From: an uncultured virus (IMG/VR IMGVR_UViG_3300010396_000044)
Lineage: Duplodnaviria; Heunggongvirae; Uroviricota; Caudoviricetes
DNA: 64,000 nucleotides
Virus record (IMG/VR): IMGVR_UViG_3300010396_000044
Direction: 5' to 3' (one strand)
The number at the start of each line of letters is the position of its first letter. Position 1 is the first letter of the stretch. The translations under genes were made by a program, and so were the position numbers. This document shows, piece after piece, positions 56,597 through 64,000 of this stretch. Below the pieces are notes generated by a model, which saw only the letters and a list, made by a program, of their open reading frames with translations, was not told where the DNA came from and ran no database searches.

Positions 56597-57711
56597 CCCG
56601 CACCAACGGGGCACTCACCCTGCCCCACCAACCCGGTCGCATAGGACAAGGCACCGCCATTGAGCAGTCCCGCGCCGCCGCCGAGGTCTTCGCCTCGGTC
56701 ATGTCCGCGAAACAAGCACCCCGCGACCAACAACTCGCGCTGCGATCCATGCACGAAGTATGCCGAATGAAAGAACTCGCCGAACGCGCCTTCTTCCGAT
56801 ACTCCCGCGCCGGCAGCCAAGTCACCGGACCAACCGTGCACCTCGCCCGCGAACTCGCCCGCTGCTGGGGAAACATCCACTACGGGGTGTCCGAACTACG
56901 CCGCGACGACGAACACGGCCAATCCGAGATGCAGGCCTTCGCATGGGACTTGGAGACCAACGCCCGCGCCGCGTCGATTTTCATCGTGCCCCACAAGCGG
57001 GACAAACGTGACGGCGCTGTGCTCCTCACCGAAGCCCGCGACATCTACGAAAACAACGCCAACGCCGGCGCACGGCGCGTGCGCGAGGCCATCTACTCCG
57101 TGCTGCCGCTGTGGTTCGTTGAGCAAGCCCAGGAGCTGTGCCGGAACACCCTCACCAGCGGCGGGGGCAAGCCCCTCCAGCAGCGGATCGCTGAAGTCAT
57201 TGACTGGTTCGGCCGGATCGGTGTCAGCGAGCAGCAACTCGCTGACAAGGTCGGTAAGGGCGCCGCGCAGTGGACGGAGCTCGACTTGGCGCCGCTCGGC
57301 GTCATCTACCGCAGCATCAAAAACGGTGAGGTCAGCAAGGACGACGAATTTCTGCCAATTACGTCCGTCACGGTTACAGCTGCGGACATCACCGGTCGGG
57401 CACCCCAACAATCCACCGACGAGCCTGAACCCGACGCCGAACGACCAGCCGCAGGGATCACCGCGCGCCAGTCCAAGCGGCTCCATGCGATTCTCACCGA
57501 AGGCCAGATCAACCGAGACACCAAACTCGCCCTCCTCAATCACCTCACCAACCGCGACGAAGAAATTACCACCTCCGCTGAACTCACCGAGGCAGAAGCC
57601 GATCTGGTCATCAACAAACTCGCTGAACTCGCGCGGTTCAAAATCCCGCTCATCGAGGCCGTGGTTGAACTCATCGACCGGCCAGCCGACAACGAAAGCA
57701 GCCAGTCATGA
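56593..57711 (+). CDS. RecT-like ssDNA-annealing recombinase
   Basis: F.Y.R.G..V.GP.V.LARELARCWGN, AWDLETN, RDIYENNAN; paired with RecE-like gene. Confidence 0.75.
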   Translation: MTRTNGALTLPHQPGRIGQGTAIEQSRAAAEVFASVMSAKQAPRDQQLALRSMHEVCRMKELAERAFFRYSRAGSQVTGPTVHLARELARCWGNIHYGVSELRRDDEHGQSEMQAFAWDLETNARAASIFIVPHKRDKRDGAVLLTEARDIYENNANAGARRVREAIYSVLPLWFVEQAQELCRNTLTSGGGKPLQQRIAEVIDWFGRIGVSEQQLADKVGKGAAQWTELDLAPLGVIYRSIKNGEVSKDDEFLPITSVTVTAADITGRAPQQSTDEPEPDAERPAAGITARQSKRLHAILTEGQINRDTKLALLNHLTNRDEEITTSAELTEAEADLVINKLAELARFKIPLIEAVVELIDRPADNESSQS

Positions 57712-58220
57712 GCGACCTCGCCGCGCGGCTGGTGAACGAGTGGGCCGCTGACCGGTACACCCAACCCACCCCCGCCGAAACAGATCTCGCCCGCTGGATC
57801 GTGGAACTCCTCGACCCCAACGACCACGGACTGCGGAGACTCAACCGCGCCCTCAACCGGTGCTGCGACCTGCACAAACTCGGCCCCGCAGGATTCTGCT
57901 GCGACCCCGACGACTGCGGGCCCTGCTGCGAAAACTGCCCCACCTGCCCCGAAATCTACCGACAACACATCAACCCGCAATACGAACCTGCCGTCATACC
58001 GATTTGGCAGGACTCCCCCGACGCGAAATGGATCGTCCCCGTCGCCGCAGATGCCGACCCAGCCAATCCCTGGGACGGATGGCTCGACGTCAACACCGAA
58101 CCCCGCTGCGTCGAACTCCACGGCTACGAACTCACACCCAACGAAGCACGAATGGCAGCCGACGCGCTCCGCGCAGCCGCCGCCCACGTTGAAAAGAACC
58201 GCTCGGAGGCCAGCACGTGA
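57708..58220 (+). CDS. Cys-rich hypothetical protein
   Basis: CCDPDDCGPCCENCPTCP. Confidence 0.6.
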   Translation: MSDLAARLVNEWAADRYTQPTPAETDLARWIVELLDPNDHGLRRLNRALNRCCDLHKLGPAGFCCDPDDCGPCCENCPTCPEIYRQHINPQYEPAVIPIWQDSPDAKWIVPVAADADPANPWDGWLDVNTEPRCVELHGYELTPNEARMAADALRAAAAHVEKNRSEAST

Positions 58221-58415
58221 CCGCCACCTGGATTCGCGACGGCATGTGGGACCTCTGGGCCGCGGCCCTCACATCACAACCCTGCACCGATCCCGACTGC
58301 GACGTATGCAACCCACCAACGAAAGAACCCCCACCATGCGCCACCCCGAAAACAACACCGCAGCCGCCGTCATCGCCGCCATCATGCTCATCATAGCTAT
58401 TGGAGTGATCCTCGC

Positions 58416-58763
58416 ATGACCACCACCACAATCCAAACCCCCGAAACCAACACCACCCAACTCATCGCGACACTCATCGCCGACTCCGTCACCGGAACCC
58501 ACCGCATCAACGGCAAATTCGTCCGCGCCAAAGCCACCGTAACCCGCGGAATCATCACCCTCACCATCCAACAAGTCGAGTTCGACACCGACGACAAAGC
58601 AGTCCAGGTAGTGCTCCAACTCACCCCACCCGCCACCATCACCCCCACCACCCCAGAACTCTCCCCATCCGCTCTGGAAACACCCGCAGTGTCCACCGCG
58701 GTCATGGCACGAAACGGCGGCGCGCACCACCAGCCACCCGACCACCAGGCGGCCAGCGCATGA
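58416..58763 (+). CDS. hypothetical protein
   Basis: ATGA coupling. Confidence 0.55.
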   Translation: MTTTTIQTPETNTTQLIATLIADSVTGTHRINGKFVRAKATVTRGIITLTIQQVEFDTDDKAVQVVLQLTPPATITPTTPELSPSALETPAVSTAVMARNGGAHHQPPDHQAASA

Positions 58764-59605
58764 CCACCCAACCGGACCTTCAACTCGCCCCCGATGAGCC
58801 AGCAACACCCCAGATGGCCACAGCCCAGGCGATGCTGGGGCTACTACGCCGCCACTACCTACCCGACGAGACGCGCCCAGCGGGGATCTTCGCACCCGAG
58901 ATCCAAGCCCCCGGACCCAGCGGCCGCCGAGCAGACCTGATCTGGCTGGGCTGCACCGCAGCCGCCGGTAGCGAACTCATCGGACACGAAATCAAGGTCA
59001 GCCGCTCGGACCTGCTAACCGAGCTCGCGGACCTCACCAAGTCCGACCCGTGGCAGCGCTACTGCGACCGCTGGTGGCTCGTCATTCCACACTCCGGGCT
59101 CATCAACGGACTCGAATTGCCGGACTCCTGGGGTGTGCTCACACCACCGTCAGGCCGCCGTCGCAGGTCCATGACAATCCACCGCCCAGCCCCACCGCTG
59201 AAGCCGGATGAGCAAGCGCCAGCGCTACGCGCCCTCGCGACATGGCTGCACTGGCGCCTCCGCGACGAACACAACCGAACCGTAGACGCGCAACACCGGC
59301 TCGAGCGGATCGAACTCGCCAACCGGCAACTCCAACTGGAACGACCACGCCCGACAGGCGAAGACGCGTCACTAGTGGCGGAAATCCTCGCGAAGCTAGG
59401 CCCATCGTACGGCACCCGAATCGGCAAATGGGGACAAGAAGTCAACGTCGATGACGTGGTAGCAGCACTGCAAGACCTCGGGAAGGTCTACTCCCGACGC
59501 GACAAAGCCCAACGAGACCTCGAACAAACACGCCGCTACCTGGACTCGGCGCAAACAACCGTAGCCCGCGCAATCCAGGCCTTCGACAAAGGCGCCGCAT
59601 CATGA
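58760..59605 (+). CDS. MmcB-like PD-(D/E)XK nuclease
   Basis: RRADLI..GHEIKVSRSD..EL..K..CDRWWLV..LP..WG. Confidence 0.75.
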   Translation: MTTQPDLQLAPDEPATPQMATAQAMLGLLRRHYLPDETRPAGIFAPEIQAPGPSGRRADLIWLGCTAAAGSELIGHEIKVSRSDLLTELADLTKSDPWQRYCDRWWLVIPHSGLINGLELPDSWGVLTPPSGRRRRSMTIHRPAPPLKPDEQAPALRALATWLHWRLRDEHNRTVDAQHRLERIELANRQLQLERPRPTGEDASLVAEILAKLGPSYGTRIGKWGQEVNVDDVVAALQDLGKVYSRRDKAQRDLEQTRRYLDSAQTTVARAIQAFDKGAAS

Positions 59606-60086
59606 CCACCCAACCGGACCAGATCCCCGCCCGCCGCATGGGCCACTTCGTCCGCACACCCGAATTCCACCGAACCATCCCACTACTCATCCTCGGCCCC
59701 AACCTCCCCAACGCCGCATGCAAAAACAAAGGCAACCTCTGGGACGACACCATCCCCGGCGAAACCGACGAACAACGCGCACAACGACACCACAAAGCCA
59801 CCACCATCTGCCACAAATGCCCCGAACAAACCCGCTGCCTCACCACCCGCCAAACCAACCCACTGCTCGGCGGGGGTATTTGGGGAGGACAGGACTTCGG
59901 GAAACCCGCACAACGCTTGTGCGCCTGCGGCTGCGGCCAACCACTCCCACCCGACGCCGCTACCACAACCACAAATGCCGCCAACGCGCATACCTCGCCA
60001 ACCCCGAAACAAAAACCGCCGACCTCAAACGCCGCGCCGCCCGAGACCGCGCACGCAACGCACGCCGGAAAACGGCGGCGGCATGA
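59602..60086 (+). CDS. whiB: WhiB-family regulator, apparently frameshifted in its 3' part
   Basis: AAC..A..IC..CP..C..GIWGG; plausible C-terminus lies in -1 frame. Confidence 0.7.
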
Positions 60087-60350
60087 ACACCCCCATACCG
60101 CTGCTCATCCAGGGCGACGCACGCCAAGGCTCACTTCTCGACCTACTGGGGGACGCATCGTGAGTCGCTAGCGGAAGCCAGCCCCCGGTGACCGCCGGGG
60201 GCATGGCCCGCCTACCTGACCTAACCAACACCCAAACCCACAGAAAGAAAGGTGTCGGCACCTCCCATGACACCACACCACACCACAAACCCACAACCCC
60301 ACCCAGACTGAACGTGCAACAACACGTACCGCATACCCAACGATGCCAAG

Positions 60351-60545
60351 GTGATCGCCAAGTTCACCATCCCCGGTGAACCAGCCACTAAACAACGAGT
60401 CCGCTACTCACGTCAACACGGCAAGCACTACACACCCACACCGACATCCCAGGCCGAAACTGACATCGGCTGGGCATTCCGAAACGCGGCAAAACTCATC
60501 CTCGCGCTTGTCAATCGGTGGCTCGACACCCAGGTTATCCGATGA
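60351..60545 (+). pseudogene. RusA N-terminal fragment
   Basis: [20 protein letters not shown]; lacks D.DN catalytic region. Confidence 0.6.
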
Positions 60546-61444
60546 CCGGCCCTCGCAAGGTCACCAAGTCGCCTAACCAGGTGCCTGACTTGATCGCGAT
60601 CGATGCCGTCCACCTTCCCGCGTTTGCTGGCCAGCCGGTACCGGTCGTCGCCCAGCTAGTAATTCCGGGGGAACCGACCAGTTGGAATCGGGTTCGCTAC
60701 AACCGCAAGACTGAGCGCTTCTATGACGCGAGTGACAACGTTCGAGCTAAAGAAACTCTGGCATGGCTGTTCAAGCAGCGCGTTCGGGACTGGCGACCGG
60801 ATCCAATCTTGACGTTCGGGGTAGCTGCAATCTTCTACGGCCGCAACCAACAGCGCCGCGATATTGACAACTGCCTGAAACTGATCCTAGACGGTTTGAC
60901 CGGGCATATCTGGTCCGACGACAATCAGGTGACCGAAGTTGCTGGCAAGCTAGTGTGGAATAGCGCGTGTCCACATACCGATGTCGTAATCTATGTAACC
61001 GACTCTAGGCGTCGGACCAAGGCGTGCCCGCAGTGCGGCGATGAGTTCCTCACCTACCCGTCGTGGACTTACGAGTATTGCTCCGCGGCATGCGGCAATA
61101 CGGCTCGGCGGACCAAAGTCCGATGTGCGACATGCAACAAGGAGATCACTGTACCGCGCTCGGTTGCGGCACGAGCTAAGACTGGAGTCCATTATTGCTC
61201 GACCGAATGTCGTGCCAAGCGGCCCCTCGCGCCAGGTAGCCGACGCGGTTCCTGTGAGGTATGTGGTGGGCCAACGAGCAAAGCGAGCTATCGGCGCTGC
61301 TCCGCACATCGGAGCTATCGCGGCGCGGTTGGGCTGACCCATCGTCGCGGCCCGGCACCGAGAACTATCGACCAAAACAGGCAGTCGGGGGACGCCAATG
61401 ACTTAACAGAGGGGAACACTAATGGCGCGTATCAGGACTATTAA
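60542..61444 (+). CDS. rusA: RusA-family resolvase with C-terminal Zn-ribbon repeats
   Basis: [26 protein letters not shown]; then CPQCG..YCS..C, C..C..YCS..C. Confidence 0.85.
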   Translation: MTGPRKVTKSPNQVPDLIAIDAVHLPAFAGQPVPVVAQLVIPGEPTSWNRVRYNRKTERFYDASDNVRAKETLAWLFKQRVRDWRPDPILTFGVAAIFYGRNQQRRDIDNCLKLILDGLTGHIWSDDNQVTEVAGKLVWNSACPHTDVVIYVTDSRRRTKACPQCGDEFLTYPSWTYEYCSAACGNTARRTKVRCATCNKEITVPRSVAARAKTGVHYCSTECRAKRPLAPGSRRGSCEVCGGPTSKASYRRCSAHRSYRGAVGLTHRRGPAPRTIDQNRQSGDANDLTEGNTNGAYQDY

Positions 61445-62357
61445 GCCTGAATTTTGGAGCTCTCCTGATACGGCGAGCTTGGATGACCCGTGGGCTCGGT
61501 TGCTGTATATCGCGATGTGGAACTGGGCTGACGATAAGGGGCGTGGGACGGCGAACCCGAAAGAGTTGGCTGGGTTCGCGTTCCCCAACGACGAGTCGAT
61601 CTCCTCGGCGGACATTCGGCGGATGCTCGGGGGGATCCGCCGGGCCTTCGGCGTGATCCTTTACGAGGTTGAGGGACGCCCCTACTACGCCATCCCGTCA
61701 TGGGATCTGCACCAGAAGATCGACAAACGATCAGCCGGCCGGTGCCCCGCTCCAGACGAAGGCAAGGACTGGGATCCTGAGCCGCCTGACCTGCGCAAAC
61801 AACACATCCAAACGATCTCCTCGGAGAATCCCGCCGAGTCCACGCCTGACCCTCGGCGGGATCTCGGCGCTGGAAGTTGGAACAGGGGAACAGGGGAACA
61901 GGGGAAAAACCCCTCTTGTGGTCCCGTTGATCACGTACGTCCAGACCGCGCGCGACAAGATCACCAACCCGTCACCACCGGTGCGTCCAACGCTGACCTC
62001 GCAAACCGAGCCGTCACCACCATCATCGGCAACAGCCGACCACCGTCAATTCGCAAAAGCCTCACCCAGCGAGCCGAAATGCTCCTCAACCAAGGAATCC
62101 ACGGAACCGACCTCACCTCAGGTCTCGTCGAATGGCGAAACACCCCAAACGCCCGCGTCACCTGGCTCGACTACAAAGTGAGTGACGCTATAAGCCGACG
62201 CGAAGCCAAAGAACGGCCCCCGCATCTCGCGCCGGTCACCGAGCTCGCCACCTCGGACCAACGGTTCCAGCGGGGCAGGCAGATCGCCGAGGCTCGCCGC
62301 GCTCGCCGGCTCGCCGCCGAACAACAACCACCCGCGCTGCCAGGAGCAGCATCATGA
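61422..62357 (+). CDS. phage replication initiator
   Basis: [27 protein letters not shown]. Confidence 0.85.
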   Translation: MARIRTIKPEFWSSPDTASLDDPWARLLYIAMWNWADDKGRGTANPKELAGFAFPNDESISSADIRRMLGGIRRAFGVILYEVEGRPYYAIPSWDLHQKIDKRSAGRCPAPDEGKDWDPEPPDLRKQHIQTISSENPAESTPDPRRDLGAGSWNRGTGEQGKNPSCGPVDHVRPDRARQDHQPVTTGASNADLANRAVTTIIGNSRPPSIRKSLTQRAEMLLNQGIHGTDLTSGLVEWRNTPNARVTWLDYKVSDAISRREAKERPPHLAPVTELATSDQRFQRGRQIAEARRARRLAAEQQPPALPGAAS

Positions 62358-62755
62358 CTTCCAACCAAACCATCACCGATGACCAAATCGCCGACCTCCT
62401 GTCCATGGCCGCCGTTATCGATTACCGCAAAATCGGTGACGCCGAGGTCGATTTGTGGCATGCGATCGCTGTCACCCACAACTGGACATGGCCCCTCGCC
62501 CGGCGTGCCCTGATTGACCACTACGCGGAGTCCCGGGATCGGATCATGCCCGCGGACATCACCCGCCGGATCGCTGAAGCGCGGAGGGCGGTGTATGCGG
62601 CATTCCAGATTCCGCCGCATTCGGCTGAGCTTGCGGATGATGGGCGGGCGTTTGTGGCGTGGGCGAAGGAACGCGCCGCAGAGCACATGGCGGTTGGGCT
62701 TGGCGAGTGGGCCGCTTATGGGCGGCTACCGCAGCCTCTCGAGTTGGAAGCCTGA
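62354..62755 (+). CDS. helicase-loader-like replication protein
   Basis: LL..A..D.R..W..A...HY..IMPADI; between initiator and DnaB. Confidence 0.6.
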   Translation: MTSNQTITDDQIADLLSMAAVIDYRKIGDAEVDLWHAIAVTHNWTWPLARRALIDHYAESRDRIMPADITRRIAEARRAVYAAFQIPPHSAELADDGRAFVAWAKERAAEHMAVGLGEWAAYGRLPQPLELEA

Positions 62756-62758
62756 CCA

Positions 62759-64000
62759 ATGGCCAACCGCGAAGCCACCGAGCCGTTGCCGCCGTGCGAT
62801 CTGGATGCTGAACGGGCCGTGTTGGGCGCGATCCTCATCTCGCCAGCCGCGCTCGACCAAATCATCGACACTCTCACCGTCGCCGAGTTCTACCGACCTG
62901 CGCACCAAACCATCTACGCCACCGCCCTCGACCTTTACGCCGCGGGTGACCCGGTTGACCCGATCACGATCTCCGCGCGGCTCGCCGCCGCTGGTGATCT
63001 CGTCCGTATCGGGGGTGCGCCCTATTTGCAGGATTTGGCGCATGATGTGCCCACCGCCCGGAACATTGGCTACTACGCCGAGATTGTCGCCCGCCAGGCC
63101 GTTAAGCGGCGTGCTGTGGAAACCGGGCAACGCATCGCTCAGCTCGGTCACGCCTGGGCCGCGGACGAGGACGGTCTCACCGACCGGATCGAGCAACTCA
63201 CCACCACCCTCACCACCGGCCGGCGCGATGACGATGGGTTGATTGATCTCGACACTGCGGTAGCCCAAGCCTTCGAGCGGCTCACCGGCCCTGTTCCCTC
63301 CACGATCCCCACCGGATTGCACGATCTCGACGCGATCCTCAACGGCGGTTTGCGTAACGGAGCTGTTTACGCAATCGGGGCCAGGCCCGGATCTGGCAAA
63401 AGTTTATGCGGAAGTGGTATCGGGCTCAACGTCGCGCAGTCAGGTATCGGAGTCCTCATCAATTCCTTGGAGATGGGCCGTGAGGAGATCACTAACCGGA
63501 TCCTCTCGAACATGTCCGGGGTCGAGTTAGCCGCGATCAACACTCACAAACTCAATGACTTCGACTGGGCGCGTCTACGGAAAGCTCAGGCACAGTTCCT
63601 CGGCGCGCCGCTGTTGATCCGGGACACCCCCAGCCTCACCTCCGTTGGTTTGCGTCGTCAAGCCGAGAAACTCGCCCGCAAAGCCACCGGGCTTGGGCTC
63701 GTCATCGTTGACTACACGCAGCGAATGACCCCCGCCGACGCCAAGGCCCCCCGGGAACTCCAAGTCAGCGAATTCACCCGCGACTTCAAACTCCTGGCGA
63801 TGCTCCTCAACATTCCCATCATCGCGCTCTACCAAACTAATCGGAAATCAACCGAACGGCAAACACCCGACATGAGCGACTTCCGCGAGTCAGGCTCTAT
63901 CGAGGCCGACTGTGATGTGGGAATCATTCTGAAACTCCCCACCGAACCCGAACGAGCCGGCGAACTTGACGCCCATGTGGTCAAAAACCGGCACGGCCGC
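62759..64000 (+). CDS. dnaB: replicative helicase DnaB (3' end outside window)
   Basis: own translation: PP.DLDAERAVLGAIL, FYRPAHQ, PTGLHDLD, GARPGSGKS, SLEM, IVDY.Q, RESGSIE.D.D, KNRHG. Confidence 0.95.
   Translation, partial: MANREATEPLPPCDLDAERAVLGAILISPAALDQIIDTLTVAEFYRPAHQTIYATALDLYAAGDPVDPITISARLAAAGDLVRIGGAPYLQDLAHDVPTARNIGYYAEIVARQAVKRRAVETGQRIAQLGHAWAADEDGLTDRIEQLTTTLTTGRRDDDGLIDLDTAVAQAFERLTGPVPSTIPTGLHDLDAILNGGLRNGAVYAIGARPGSGKSLCGSGIGLNVAQSGIGVLINSLEMGREEITNRILSNMSGVELAAINTHKLNDFDWARLRKAQAQFLGAPLLIRDTPSLTSVGLRRQAEKLARKATGLGLVIVDYTQRMTPADAKAPRELQVSEFTRDFKLLAMLLNIPIIALYQTNRKSTERQTPDMSDFRESGSIEADCDVGIILKLPTEPERAGELDAHVVKNRHGR

Noticed and set aside
1..64000. CRISPR array, reverse transcriptase/DGR/retron, IS transposase, inteins
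   Set aside because: No spaced direct repeats, no YxDD RT, no DDE transposase; TerL and the visible part of DnaB are of normal length.

Overview
The whole window is part of a temperate siphovirus-type actinophage genome (high GC; Lsr2, WhiB, Rpf, DUF4190 point to an actinobacterial host). Order: accessory/early tail (1-14.4 kb: CDF transporter, Lsr2, Rpf + NlpC/P60, GT2/methyltransferase/epimerase), HNH-cos-TerS-TerL-portal-head (14.6-23.4 kb), GT4 glycosyltransferase, tail genes (24.7-45.1 kb), lysis (45.2-51.1 kb), tyrosine integrase with an internal attP matching a tRNA-Asn 3' half, repressor/Cro/Xis, RecE/RecT-like, WhiB, RusA, replication initiator and DnaB (runs off the end). Because attP is flanked by phage genes on both sides, the sequence looks like the excised/circular form. 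The most striking signals: (1) the tape-measure gene is interrupted after 11 codons by CTT-TGA-CCGG-TAA-CTC inside a 12-bp stem, which suggests programmed ribosomal bypassing or RNA-level excision; (2) a 103-nt tRNA-like RNA with a 31-nt oversized anticodon region and its own -10 box; (3) an RLIG1/C12orf29-like RNA ligase moron 0.7 kb away; (4) a covarying two-hairpin leader shared by two unrelated HNH genes. All family calls come from motif recognition by eye; no database searches were run.
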